DNA of 63,401 nucleotides, the filler included, from Octopus bimaculoides (taxonomy: Eukaryota): the NCBI RefSeq assembly GCF_001194135.2. It is 4 parts of 4 records of this genome, joined end to end, with 100 filler letters (N's around TTAATTAATTAA, not from the genome) between each part and the next. Parts side by side here need not be neighbours in the genome. Positions count along the whole stretch, not along the records: positions 1 to 28,873 come from NC_068988.1; positions 28,974 to 46,660 come from NC_068996.1; 2 more parts are not named here. One strand, 5' to 3'. Of the stretch, positions 28,218 to 41,660 are shown piece after piece (within the stretch, counting starts at the first letter, position 1; every line of letters begins with the position of its first letter). A program made the translations under genes and the position numbers. The notes below the pieces were generated by a model. The model did not search any database, was not told where the DNA came from, and saw only the letters and a list, made by a program, of their open reading frames with translations.

Positions 28218-28313
28218 ATTTTTCGTGAGTCTCATACCGTTCCAACCATGCTGAAGTTTGCACACAACCGGCAACAGAGCAGTCAACAGAAAACTGAAAA
28301 ATCTTCTAAAAAG
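28218..28313 (+). CDS. Candidate downstream exon of the C1-domain gene, or an alternative first coding exon starting at MLKFAH
   Basis: Acceptor ttctcag, strong donor AAG|gtaagg. 96 nt, phase 0-0, open: IFRESHTVPTMLKFAHNRQQSSQQKTEKSSKK. No recognisable domain. Confidence 0.4.
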
Positions 28314-28839
28314 GTAAGGGTTATCACCTTGTAATTGTCTGATGACTAAAACAATATGACTGATAACTGAAGAATACTTGTTATGTTTTGGTGGGGAGGG
28401 GTTTCTTATTTTTTATCCGTCTGTATTTCCCAATATTGAACTTCAGAAATTAATTAATAGAAACCAAGAAATGGAATTTTGTTTTTCTTTATATCTTATG
28501 CAAAGTTTGAATGAAAACATTTAGTTCTTCATGAACGTGAGATACACATGCACACACATACAAATACATACATACGTACATACATACATACATACATACA
28601 TACATACATACATACATACATACACATATATATATACATACATACATATATATATATACATACATACATACATATACATATGCTTGTGTATGTGTGTGTA
28701 TGTGTGTGTATGTGTGTTTGTGTGTGTGTGTGTGTTTATAAATATATATATATATGTATGTATATAATACTTTTGGATAGTACATTTTAATACATTTGAG
28801 TGTTCATGTATGTTTGCTTGTTTATGTCTGTATGTTTAA

Positions 28840-28873
<34 letters not shown>

Positions 28874-28973
28874 NNNNNNNNNNNNNNNNNNNNNNNNNNN
28901 NNNNNNNNNNNNNNNNNTTAATTAATTAANNNNNNNNNNNNNNNNNNNNNNNNNNNNNNNNNNNNNNNNNNNN
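28874..28973. other. Artificial 100-base scaffold spacer N44-TTAATTAATTAA-N44; also at 46661-46760 and 62206-62305
   Basis: Identical geometry in three places. The palindromic 12-mer puts TAA stops in all six frames. Confidence 0.93.
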
Positions 28974-29449
28974 TGTGTGTGTGTGTGTGTGTTTGTATGT
29001 CTGTGTTTGTGCCCCAACATCGCTTGATAACCGATGCTGGTGTGTTTACGTCCCCGTAACTTAGTGGTTCGGCAAAAGTGACCGATAGAATAAGTACTAG
29101 GCTTACAAAGAATAAGTGCTGGGGTCGATTTGCTCGACTAAAGGCGGTGCTCCAGCATAGCCGCAGTCAAATGACTGAAATAAGTAAAAGAGTAAAAGAG
29201 AGAGTAAAGAGTACAACCTGAATAAAGATCCCAACAACAACCGTACTGCAACCGTAACTCGGGCTTCCGAAAGAAGAAGGAAGCGGGGGGAATACCCAAC
29301 AAGAACTGATTAAAAAGAGAGATAGGCTAGTGGATAGGGAACGTAGAACCAAGTGTGAGCCACAGCCATCGCCAGAGCAACATGGAGAGAAAAAGAGAGC
29401 AAGAAAGGGTAAGAGAGCGGAAGAAAAAGAGAGAAAGGGAGGAAGTTTT

Positions 29450-29635
29450 ATATATAATCTAGGTACGAAGTGAATAGGAGAAGGCCCTATATTACTTTTA
29501 TAGTGACGCGCATTGTACTTTGTGAGGTGTGTACGAGTGCTAATTTCTGTAGCTCTATCTTTGCTCATTTTAGCGTATCTTAATACTGGCATGCTCCTTG
29601 AATTGATTGCTTTGATAAGATTCCCTTTCAGAGGA
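29450..29635 (-). mobile_element. Restriction-like-endonuclease (R2/R4/NeSL-type) non-LTR retrotransposon fragment
   Basis: GNLIKAINSRSMPVLRY...TRTHLTKYNARHYKS...RLYI resembles the post-RT motif GNLIKAIN..A.PVL.Y...TR..LT.....H.K....RLY. Confidence 0.65.
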
Positions 29636-29711
29636 ACTTTTGTTAATGCAAGTTGGGTGATCGAAAGACTTGACTTGCAGTGAGTAATAGTGAAAGAAGA
29701 AAAATCCTTAC

Positions 29712-30000
29712 CCAAAAGACCGAGAGATGAGTCAGTCTAGAGGTACCAAGTCACGTTATCGACCAAACTAATCGGTGCGCGATGACACACCGTCGCATCG
29801 GCGTTATGAGTCAGTGGATTGAAAGATCAATGCAGTGACAGGCGGAAGTTGTCTAGAATGCGTGTGAAGAACTAAAAGAACTTTCGTCACGCGAGACAAA
29901 GTATCAAGTGCAAATGTTTTCACATTTTGGTTTGAATTCGGAGCGAGAAAGCACGCGGGTTCGTTTTCATTAATTTGCGAAAAACAAAAGAATTGCAAAA
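29712..30000. promoter_or_regulatory. CpG-rich, non-repetitive promoter/enhancer-like segment
   Basis: ATGAGTCAGT twice (TGAGTCA at 29728-29734 and 29807-29813), ETS-like GGCGGAAGT at 29841-29849, high CpG density, and a minus-strand donor GG|gtaagg at 29711. Confidence 0.4.
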
Positions 30001-30414
30001 GTGAGGGAGATGGATGTTTCACTGGTGGCTGCCAGAGGATATCTTGACCAGAGGCATAAAAACAAACAAACAAACAAAAAACAGGTCGGAGTGGAGCTTT
30101 TAAGCCAAATGAATCAAAAGGTGCTCGGAGTCAACTTGGAGCTAATCGGATTGCTAAATGGCACCAGTTTGATAGTGAGGTCAGAGGGTCACATTTGCTG
30201 TGCGCCCGACCCCTAAGGCTTTTCTGTTGACAGCAAAGGGAAATGATAGAAGATTCCTACTGCTATCGACGTCACATGATAAACAGGAACAACAACAGCA
30301 GTAGCAACGACAACAACAACATACAATCTTCTGTGCAATAAAAAATTGCGATAGTAAAATAAACAGCAGAGCCATGATGAAAGCAGGAATAGCAGCTAAA
30401 GCAGTAACACCAGT

Positions 30415-30415
30415 G

Positions 30416-30468
<53 letters not shown>

Positions 30469-30469
30469 G

Positions 30470-30517
<48 letters not shown>

Positions 30518-30520
30518 CAA
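30415..30520. repeat. Compound (CAG)n(CAA)n microsatellite
   Basis: Read directly from the sequence. No splice or ORF context supports coding. Confidence 0.9.
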
Positions 30521-30619
30521 CAGCAAAAACAACACTAAACAAAGCAACAACGAAGCTCGCTATGAGAACAACAACAAAAAATCAACACCAAGCACAGCAA
30601 GAAGAAAACTCCCTATGAG

Positions 30620-30656
<37 letters not shown>

Positions 30657-31197
30657 GCAACATCTCTGGCATCGGCAACGTAATCGTCCAACCCCAACAC
30701 AGCACCATAAATCCTATCCTTTCCGCCATCAAATCACTCAGAGTTGTCCTGCAATGGGGACGATAAAGATGAAAAATGGAAAACCGTCCCAGTAAGAAGA
30801 AAAGGGGAAAACAGACAAAACAAACTTGTTCTCATAAAAAAAAGACTTCCATCCTCCTTCGCCATTACAGACAACATCGACACTACAAGCATCACAACAG
30901 ATACAAATACTATTTACATTCAAACCAACAATATTTACATCCAAACCACCAGTAAAGAAACAACCATAAACAACACGGTCATAGTCATGGACAAAGAATT
31001 CATGTATATCTACGTGGAGCGCATGGCTTAGTGGTTAGGATTTTGGACTCGTCATCGTAAGATTGGGGTTTCGATTCCCGGACCGGGTGAATCGTTGTTT
31101 TCTTCAGAAAAACCACTTCATTTCACCTTACTGCAGTCTACTCAGCTGGTGAAAATGAATAATCATGCAACGGATCAGCTTCCTGTCCAGGAAGGAG

Positions 31198-31243
<46 letters not shown>

Positions 31244-31520
31244 AGAAAAACTGGGAAACCGATCCTATGCTGCTTCTGCAGTAAGCTGGAGTGTGAACAT
31301 GTAATCAACACACAAACATTACAATGACTACATCACGTCAAAAACATAATATAACATGTATATATCCTTAAAAAGAACATAAGAAACTACTCTACCTACC
31401 TACCTACTTACCTTCCTATTTTCGTATCCACTAATCTACCTACCCACGTTCCAAACTACATTCCTCCTGCCTTCTTCTCTACCAACCTTCCATCCGCCCT
31501 CCCCTCTTCCTCCCTCTCGG

Positions 31521-31552
<32 letters not shown>

Positions 31553-31691
31553 CATACATACATTCCAAATATAATAGATTTCTCTCACCATATGTGTGTG
31601 TGTGTGTGTGTGTGTGCGTATGGAGGAGTAAGATTATCTATTTATCTATCTATATAGATAGACAGATAGATAGGTAGATAGATAAGTAGTA

Positions 31692-31728
<37 letters not shown>

Positions 31729-32919
31729 AAAAAGAAAAAAAAAGAGAACGAGCATGAAATCAATATTTTCAGCGATGTTTTAATGGAGATGATGAACGAT
31801 AAACGATGAGATAGAAGTTATCTGAAACAGTGCCTCGTGGATTTTTCAAAATATAATTTAACGCTTTATAAAATCCATATTAATTCTTGATTATCTTAAA
31901 AAGAAAACAAAACAAAGCAAAAACCCTGTCATTCATAATTTTGTTATACATAATTATAATTATACAAGGTGAACAACAGATTATTATTGTTTTCTAAACC
32001 TTCATCCTTTATATATTTTTGTTTATTTTTCCATGTGAAGTATATCAATAATTTTGTAAACATTATCGTTTGCACATACACTGTGTATGTTTTTTGTTTA
32101 TACACCAATCTGCTGTGGGACAACGTCCCGAGAAACCTAAAACTTCCTATACAACACCGAGTTACAGGCAAGACAACTTTCCCAAAGAGATCGAGAATGA
32201 TAGATATATATCAATATTTCGCTATCGTTATAGCTCTTCAGTACCATTAACTCGATTCACCGCGAAACGAATTGAATCACCGGTGTAGGACATATATGCA
32301 AATCGTGTAAAGTGTATTTGCTGATGTACTGTAGCGTAGCAGATGTGAAGCAGAGTTAAGTTTAATTTTATCAATAATTCTATTTTTCTCTTTTATCTTC
32401 AGTGCATCAAGATGCCAAGAGAACTATGAGGGAAATCCGTTTCTATTTTTAATTCAGATATCACCAATATTCATCAATGCTTGTACTAGAATCGATTTGA
32501 TAGCCTGTACGCTATTCCAGCAATTTATCGATGCCTTATGTCTATGTTAAAAATCATTATTCTGGCAAAATGAGTTGAAAATGCACTGGGTCAATCCTGT
32601 CTTTCATCCCTTCGGCATCAATGAACCAAACTACTGGTGTCAATGGCTACGACTATTCTGTCTTCTGCCCAAAACAGAAACCGTTAGCTGGACAGTATAA
32701 AAATTGACAGTTAGTTGGTCAGAACTAAACGTACTTTGCAGTTTAGATTCCGAATTGAAACAGGCGCAGTCTTTGTATTTTGTTTCTTTTGGATCTCGAT
32801 AAAGTTAAATGATAATTATGTTCATTTTTTTAATGCAACTAAGCTGCATTGACTTTTGCAGATCTGTAAGTCGAAGCTATTTAGGAAAAACAAATGGATC
32901 CCATTTAAATCACAACATA

Positions 32920-33310
32920 TTGTTGGCACTCCGTCGCTTACAACGTCAAGGGTTCCAGTTGATCCGATCAACGGAACAGCCTGCTCGAGAAATTAACGTG
33001 CAAGTGGCTGAGCACTCCACAGACACGTGTACCCTTAACATAGTTCTCGGGGATATTCAGCGTGACACAGTGTGACACGAGTGTGACAAGGCTGACCCTT
33101 TGAATTACAGGCACAACAGAAACAGGAAGTAAGAGTGAGAGAAAGTTGTGGTGGAAGAGTACAGCAGGGTTCGCCACCATCCCCTGCCGGAGCCTCGTGG
33201 AGCTTTAGGTGTTTTCGCTCAATAAACACTCACAACGCCCGGTCTGGGAATCGAAACCGCGATCCTACGGCCGCGAGTCCGCTGCCCTAACCACTGGGCC
33301 ATTGCGCCTT
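32920..33310 (-). mobile_element. tRNA-derived SINE family D with a 12-bp TSD. Partial or related copies: 20576-20814(-), 46259-46577(+), 31017-31200(+)
   Basis: Minus-strand head GGCGCAATGGCCCAGTGGTTAGG...GTTTCGATTCCC has A- and B-box-like elements. TSD AATCACAACATA at 32908-32919 and 33311-33322. Confidence 0.88.
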
Positions 33311-34009
33311 AATCACAACATAACATTTCAAGTAAAAGGCACACGGCAGGAGTCGATATAATCCATGATATGCAAAAATATGAGATGCTCACGGCTGGAA
33401 AGCTTTTGATTGTGGGCGGCATTCTTGTTGAGGGTTGATCTGTGGATGAACGACATCAAAAATTAACAATAAAATGCATAGTAACAACGGCAGCAGTTCA
33501 TACGAAATGATGTAGCCTCTACATAGACGGTTCTTCAAAAATCAGTTACCAAATATAACTCCAAATACCACATAAAAGTATACAGGATAGAACGATCTTA
33601 CGACTAAGGCTTCTGAAAGCTGCATGAAATGCTTGGAACAACAACTGAATACTCTTAAATCACATACCGTAAAATCATAATAAAATACATGTTATTACAT
33701 AATATAGACCACGATACAGAAAAAGACAGCATCTTTACATATGATAGCATGTCTGCACGTTTTAGAGTCGTCATGCGGTAAAGACAACAACAGCAACAGC
33801 AACAATAGATTACAACAACAATAATAATAATAATCACAGGCTCTTCAAATTAAATTTCTGGCTTTGTACCGATGTAAGAAATTACTACCTATGTGTGTAT
33901 ATATGTGTGTGTGTATGTGTGTGTGCGTGTACGTGTGTGTGCATGTACGTGTGTGTGCATGTGTGTGTGTCTATGTACGAGCGAGTATACACTTATACAC
34001 GCGGAACAA

Positions 34010-34054
<45 letters not shown>

Positions 34055-34811
34055 ATAAAGAATTAAATAAAAACTTAACATTAATTGGTTTATTCAATTA
34101 AAATGTTTTCTTTCTAGCAATAATATAAATAAATTCGACTGTTCGAACGGCTGGTTTTAAATTGTTTATTCACTCAACTGTATATTTCACTTTCGTTTGC
34201 TGCTAAAACTAATGTTGTTGTTGTTGTTGTCTTGTAGTCGTTGTTTTTGTTGTTGTTACTATTACTATCGTTGTTGTTGCTGTTGTTGTTGTTCACGTCA
34301 TTCTCCTTGTCGTCGTTGTAGCAGCTGCTATTAATAATACTGATCTAGATGTTATTACCATTTATCATATCTAAAAGAAATAACCACCACCACCACCACC
34401 ACCACCACCANNNNNNNNNNNNNNNNNNNNNNNNNNNNNNNNNNNNNNNNNNNNNNNNNNNNNNNNNNNNNNNNNNNNNNNNNNNNNNNNNNNNNNNNNN
34501 NNNNNNNNNNNNNNNNNNNNNNNNNNNNNNNNNNNNNNNNNNNNNNNNNNNNNNNNNNNNNNNNNNNNNNNNNNNCACCACCGCCACCGCCGCCGCTCCA
34601 GTCGCCGCTACACCCCACTCAGTACTACTCTCACGACTAGTACTACTAATACCACTTCTCCTATGGCTGTTATTATTAATCACGTGGAATTATGCCTCCA
34701 GATTAGAATATCTAATATGGCACTATTACTGTATTTTGCTGACGACGACGACAATGACACCAGCGACGATGATGATGATCATCATCATTATCATCGTCGT
34801 CGTCGTCATCG

Positions 34812-34857
<46 letters not shown>

Positions 34858-36189
34858 AACGGTGACTATGGCGGTTTGTGATGACGACGTTGATCACAAT
34901 ATTTCTTTTTTGCGGATCTGACTTTAATTGAATAGATTGATCTAAATCCTCTACTGGCCCTTTAAGTATAAATACCGGGAATCAAAACTATACCAACGAT
35001 CGTGATTGCAAGATAATTTGTTCCTGGCTCTACTAATTTTCACACCTACCGATTTTTCATATATCGCTGTCTAAGTCAATCTGAGGGACAGTGCTTAGTT
35101 GATTATGTTTTGCTTTAGAGCATCACCAGTATCTTATTCTATTAATCTGAGAAGGATGAAAGGCAAATTTGCGTTGGACGGGATTTGAACAAATACTGCA
35201 TGATATTATTGATTCGAAATGTTGGCACAAGTCCAGAAAGTTCAGAGTGAGGGAGATAGTCGATTACAGCGACCCCCAATGTTCAACTGATACTTATTTT
35301 ATCGACCCCGAAAGGATGAAAGGCAAAGTCGACCTCGGCGGAATTTGAACTCAGAATGTAAAGACGGATAATATGCCGCTAAGCATTTTGTCCGGCGTGG
35401 TAACCATTTGCAAGCTCCTTGCCTTACTGCAAAACATTGTTGCCTGTCATTCGATGAATTCTGTTCTCGTCACAGAGCCGTTATTTTTGTTTTAGAAAAT
35501 TCATAGTTGAGCCTATAATGGCGAGGGATTGGAACTATGATGTGAACAGAACCTTATGATTCCGTAACTGTAACCAATTCAGAGGGAGAGAGTCCAAATA
35601 TTCAATACTTTAATTATGGATCCTGAAAGAGATAAAAAGTGGAAGTCGACCTCGCAGGATTTGAATTCAGAATGCTGATGACCTGAATATCATAAAAATT
35701 GTATCAGACGCTCTACAACTCTGTTAATTCGTCACTTATATTATCTTAATCTTTTATCTTATTCTTATTTCGGTCATTGAACTGGTGCACTACCTTGAAT
35801 GGTTTAGCCGAGCAAACAAACCCCAGTAATTACATTTTAAGTTTGGAACTTATACCGGTTTCTTTTGCCGAACCACTATATGACAGAGACGTAAACACAC
35901 CAATAACGGCTATCAAGAGGTGGTGGGAGATAAATACAAACACAGTGACACACATCACACATACACAGATGTCATCCACATTTATCAAACTATATACGAT
36001 GGGCTTCCACAGTTTTGGTCTTCCAAATTCGCTCACAAACTATTAGTCAATCCGAGGGTATAGTGGAAAACACATGCTTAAAGTGCCCTACAGTAGGACT
36101 GAACCAGAAACTACAAGATTCTTAATCGCATAGCCATATTTTTATCGTAGTAAAAAAGAAAGCGAAAAACAAAAAAAACAAAAAGAAAC

Positions 36190-36252
<63 letters not shown>

Positions 36253-36789
36253 GAACATTACGCTGCGTGTGACGATGGCGGCGATGATAAAGAGGAGGAA
36301 AACTACAATTACAATTAAAATGTTATTAAATCTCTTAAATGTTGGCAGCGACTTGGTGTCTTTTAGAGATAAAAAGAAATGCGCCTTAATTTAAAATATG
36401 GTCTTCTATTAATAACTTCACTAGAAAATTGTCGGTAAATATTTTTTTCTTGCAATTTGCTATTTAATCAAACAAGTGTTGGCTATTCGATATGGATCGT
36501 AAATTATTGTTAGTACTGTTACGCCACTGATGAAAAGGTATTTTATTGATTTTTTTTATGGTACATTCTCTGAAATAACGACCACAAGTCATCTACATAT
36601 AATTGCAGAGATGCCATCCGTTTTAAGGTAACAAAATTAAAGATCATTTCAGTGAGCTATCGGAACATTAACTAATGCATAAATTATCTATAGTATTTAG
36701 ATTTATTTTACTTCTAATGTGTACATTATATTCAATGCTCGGTTTCTCCAACAAACAGCATATGTTTAAATTAACCAACAACCAGACCT

Positions 36790-37001
36790 CAGTGATTCTC
36801 GACCATTTTTTTTTAATCTATGGACCCCTTTGATTCCTATATGATTCTCTTGGCTCCCTATGTTAAAAGGAATCCTATTATATTTTTATAATTAAATATT
36901 ACTAGGAATTGCAGAAGTATAAACAATTTATTGCAGATAAATTATAACAAAATCTTATGAGAATCCCTAAAGGTCACTGGGACCTCGGTTGAGAACTACT
37001 G
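36790..37001. mobile_element. hAT-type MITE; a related copy lies in reverse at about 57790-58025
   Basis: TIRs CAGTGATTCTCGACC and GGTTGAGAACTACTG. The internal ATAGGAAT(C/T)AAAGGGGTCCAT segment is shared with the 57.8-58.0 kb copy. Confidence 0.65.
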
Positions 37002-38765
37002 CTCTACGCAGTTAAGCCTATACGTGCTGGTTCCGCCTGCTTGAAATAGCAGCGAAATCTAAAATTACATCTTGATGTTTGAAAAAAATGAAAGATATGT
37101 TAATACATTCATAGAATAATAATAATAATAAAAGATAGGATTGACGCGATTGAAACGGATTTGATGATAATCTGCTCGACCAGGTCTAGGATTAATCCAA
37201 GGTTAAAAAGCAAACTGTTTAATTTTCTCTCATTCTTTAGTGGAAAGTATTAAATGAGAACCTCTACTACAAGTCATACTTTTCCATGCTTATTATCTCA
37301 TAGAAGAGCTGTATACCCCAGCCATTCTGTTCAGACCAATTCTGTGTAATACAGTAGCTAATCAATTTACTACAATGGAAATTCTATTATAGTTTTTCCG
37401 CCTACCTGTCTCTGCTCTAGACAGCAATTCCAAATGATCTCTTATTTACTTCCACGCTCAATTTTTATTTCGTCGTAGATTTTCCCATATCATAGTATTG
37501 TCGGATAATTACCTAGTCAAATATTTCCAACATCTCATCACCGTATTGTATATCTTACTTGACTTGCGAGGTATTTGGTTAAGCATGGTCAGAATTTAAC
37601 TAAGTCTATGTTAACGATTCATTAAAGTAAATGTGTTGTTTCCTCTTCTGAACAAACTGAGACAACTAAACGAGTAACCAAAACAGGCAAAGTTGCTTTA
37701 AACACGGAAGGAGAAAATGACACATTCGGTCATTGAATGGAAGGCTTTTTTCTCCATTAAAACGCACGAACATAACCATAAAGAGAATAAATGATACCTT
37801 GATAATTTGCACAAAATGCAACATCTTTGTCTTTGCAAATGTCAAATAGTTCGTATTCATTCTGTGTTTTTGAGAAAGCAATTTCTACTAACTTTGCAGA
37901 AAGCTCGACAATCTACAAACTTAACAGTATTTCAACCCAAATGGCTACTTAAGCAATATAACTGCTGATGAAGCCATCAAATATGCTAGCCAGACTCACT
38001 TTGCTTCTAACTTTACTCAGTACGCACCAACAACAAAGCATATAAAGACTTATAGACTTGTGTGCTCAGTGGCCAACTTTGAAGACGTCTTTCGTTATGA
38101 GCCAAAGAAGAAGCTGTCATTTAACTTGTTAGAAATAGTTCACACATCTCCTTCAAATAAACATAACCACAAAGAATAACATTGTATACTGTAACCCCAA
38201 ACACACGGACACACACACACGCACACACACATTGCTCATAGCTGGAATGTTTAGGGTCATAGGTTTTCTCAATCAAATTGAGCTTGATCTAAACAACAAT
38301 TTGTATAAAAGATGTAAAAACCTCATAGTTCATTTTTACTATGAAACTAGACGCTTCACAGCCCGCAAGAATATTGTTAATAAATGATGATGTTGCTAAA
38401 CAGCATTTCAGCCTTCTTCATGTTCTAAGTTCAGATTTCGCCGAGGTGAACTTTGATTTTCATCCTTTCACTGAGTTCAATGTAATCGACTTAATCCATC
38501 TCCCCCCATATTGCTGGCTTTGTGCCAATATTTCAAAACAATATGTGATGATATTGTTTAGCTCGTAGAGCAATCTTAGGGTGATAGGTATTAAAACCTT
38601 TGCTCCAGAAATATACATACCAAATATACTTTATAAAAACAGTATAGTGAAATTTGAAGGACGTTTTTGTTACTATGTCTAACAAGTCAAATGATAGCAA
38701 AGAAGACCCCACAAAAGCTCGATGATATATATATATATATATTTATACACACATTTATATATTTA

Positions 38766-39671
38766 CAGGGGTTGGACAAAATAATGGAAACAACTTAAAA
38801 TTTCAAATAAATTTATTTTAGTATGGGGTAGGACCGCCTTTGGCAGTAACTACAGCTTGAATTCTACAAGCTACGGACTCGTATAAAGTTTGAATAGTTT
38901 CCAAAGGAATTTTTGTCCATTCTTCATCTAAAACAGTTCCCAGCCAGATAACATGTTCAACTTCACTAGAATGTTCCTCGTGCCATTCAGTAACAACTTT
39001 AGCTGTGTGAATTGGTGCATTATCATCCTGAAAGATTGCGTCCCCCCCCCCGCCCGGAAACAGTTCCGCAACCGTAGGAGGAATTTGATCAGATAAAATG
39101 CTTAAATACTCTAGACTATTAATTCAGCTATAACAGGAAAGAATTGGGCTGGCAGATTTCCAAGATATAGACCCGCCCCATCAGATCATCACAGATCCTC
39201 CTCCATATTTAACAGTTGCAAGAAGGCAGTCTGGTTCAAATGCTTCTTTAGCTGTCTCTACCCGTGGTAGGAAATAAGGTAAAGGATGACTCGTCCAAGA
39301 AAATAACGTTCATCCACTGCTCTAGAGACCAATTCTATAGGTTTTTACTCCACTCTAAACGCTTTGCAACGTCTGTTTTTGAAAGTAGTGGTTTTCTGAT
39401 TGCAACCATCCCGTGAAATCCGGCTTTGTGCAGCTTCCTGTGAAATCCGGATCCGTTCGTGCTGCAGATGTTGGTGAGAGGGATAACTACCCTTGGCAAA
39501 CAGGACACAGTCGTGTGTCGATAAGCCAGCTGGAGGAGATGTCCTCCTGGGGCTAAAAGCAACAGTAACATCCACCCCTAGGGGTCAGCCACACTTAAGT
39601 GGCAATATACTACACTTTATCGTGCAGTTACTGTTAATACTTCATTTAGAGAATTAACATTGCTTGTTTTC
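38766..39671 (-). mobile_element. Tc1-family DNA transposon with a pseudogenised transposase (about 38818-39560); the other end is lost in an N gap
   Basis: TA then TIR CAGGGGTTGGACAAAATAATGGAAACA at 38766. Translation RKLHKAGFHGMVAIRKPLLSK..KRLEWSK.*NWSLEQWMNVIFLDESSF...TVKYGGGSVMI..FQDDNAPIHTAK...EEWTKIP...RIQAVVTAKGGPTPY*. Confidence 0.93.
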
Positions 39672-40950
39672 NNNNNNNNNNNNNNNNNNNNNNNNNNNNN
39701 NNNNNNNNNNNNNNNNNNNNNNNNNNNNNNNNNNNNNNNNNNNNNNNNNNNNNNNNNNNNNNNNNNNNNNNNNNNNNNNNNNNNNNNNNNNNNNNNNNNN
39801 NNNNNNNNNNNNNNNNNNNNNNNNNNNNNNNNNNNNNNNNNNNNNNNNNNNNNNNNNNNNNNNNNNNNNNNNNNNNNNNNNNNNNNNNNNNNNNNNNNNN
39901 NNNNNNNNNNNNNNNNNNNNNNNNNNNNNNNNNNNNNNNNNNNNNNNNNNNNNNNNNNNNNNNNNNNNNNNNNNNNNNNNNNNNNNNNNNNNNNNNNNNN
40001 NNNNNNNNNNNNNNNNNNNNNNNNNNNNNNNNNNNNNNNNNNNNNNNNNNNNNNNNNNNNNNNNNNNNNNNNNNNNNNNNNNNNNNNNNNNNNNNNNNNN
40101 NNNNNNNNNNNNNNNNNNNNNNNNNNNNNNNNNNNNNNNNNNNNNNNNNNNNNNNNNNNNNNNNNNNNNNNNNNNNNNNNNNNNNNNNNNNNNNNNNNNN
40201 NNNNNNNNNNNNNNNNNNNNNNNNNNNNNNNNNNNNNNNNNNNNNNNNNNNNNNNNNNNNNNNNNNNNNNNNNNNNNNNNNNNNNNNNNNNNNNNNNNNN
40301 NNNNNNNNNNNNNNNNNNNNNNNNNNNNNNNNNNNNNNNNNNNNNNNNNNNNNNNNNNNNNNNNNNNNNNNNNNNNNNNNNNNNNNNNNNNNNNNNNNAT
40401 ATATATATATATTTCTATCTATATTTATATATATTTATATATATTAATAGTAATACTATGACAACAAAAGAATGAATGAGACCTCGATATTATGTAAATA
40501 GAGGAACTCATCTGTAATATAGTATGTGACAATTATTTGGTTGCCATAATAAAACTCCGAGTTTCGGATGTCGGGACGGAAATCTGCTCCGGCGTCTCGT
40601 CAATGTTTAAGACAATCAAAAAGTGCTATGAAAATGACCGTTAAACAAAGGGAAATTACTATGTAAATGACCGTTATTAAGACAAACAAAAGAGCTATTA
40701 GAATGACCATTAAATAAAGGGAAAAAAGCCGAAGAGGAGAAAGTAAAAAAGTGAAAACGCCCATACAGTTCACGTATGCACGCATGTACATACATATACA
40801 TACATATACATGCGCGCACGCACACCCACGTACATGTCCCTATATGCATATGCTCACTCACTCTCGCGTGAAACATATACATGCACACTCACACACTCGC
40901 CTATATGTGCACATATATATTCAACCATACACATGTACGCATATACATAT

Positions 40951-40987
<37 letters not shown>

Positions 40988-41329
40988 TACACACACACAT
41001 GTGCACATACACATACGCGCACATTTATATTCATATACGCGTCTAAATACGCACATGCTATAATATGCAATCATACACATTCACGCTTATGCATACCCGC
41101 ACACACGTCCACACACACACGTATATGTACCCATACGCGCACAAATGTGTTCATATACACGTCTATATACGCACATGCACAAGAAAATGCAGAGTGAAAG
41201 GTAAAATACAGAAAAAATATGTAAAAATATATAAGGCAATAAAAATATATATATAAAAATATATAAAGATAAAATGCTTGTACATTGACACAATATAAAA
41301 AGTAGGTTCTATCTGTGATCTTATGGTGG

Positions 41330-41660
41330 CGGTGGTGGGGGGACCAAAAGCCTAAATATTTAGCCGTATGTGGACATGATCCAAAAAGTTCAATTCTTGA
41401 ATTTAGACATCTAGCGGGGTCTAAGCTGCTTTTCCAGATGTGCCATCTTTCCATATTACAAAGACCACACTTTCCATTGCCGTTAGTATAAGGCTTACAC
41501 TTGGCTAAGATCTTTCAATGGATGTTGTAATTGACACCTTTTTCTTTTAAGGACCATATATCACTGGATAATTTGGTTGTTTTTCTTTTATCCCTGTGTC
41601 TGAAGCTCAAGGTGTGATTGTTGAACCTAGTTTTAAATCCCCTCTGTAAATATCCGATTT
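41330..41660 (-). mobile_element. Penelope-like element remnant (C-terminal half of the GIY-YIG endonuclease)
   Basis: Minus-strand translation FKTRFNNHTLSF..KLSSDIWSLKEKGVNYNI.*KILAKCKPY...CGLCNMER..I....CLNSRIELFGSCPHTAKY. Confidence 0.85.

Noticed and set aside
27925-28293. Minus-strand two-exon model reading FLLTALLPVVCKLQHGWNDGQPGISDVM
   Set aside because: There is no upstream in-frame ATG via the 29711 donor, no recognised homology, and it conflicts with the plus-strand candidate. Not fully excluded.
28918-28929. TTAATTAATTAA islands inside gaps (three copies)
   Set aside because: The fixed N44-12-N44 geometry with six-frame stops marks an assembly spacer, not biology.
30373-30540. 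Poly-Gln, Ala or Thr coding potential of the CAG/CAA tract
   Set aside because: The frames are short and closed with no splice support.
33210-33310. tRNA-like sequences here and at 31017, 46259, 1807 and 4494
   Set aside because: They are SINE heads fused to SINE bodies, one with a TSD, not free-standing tRNA genes.
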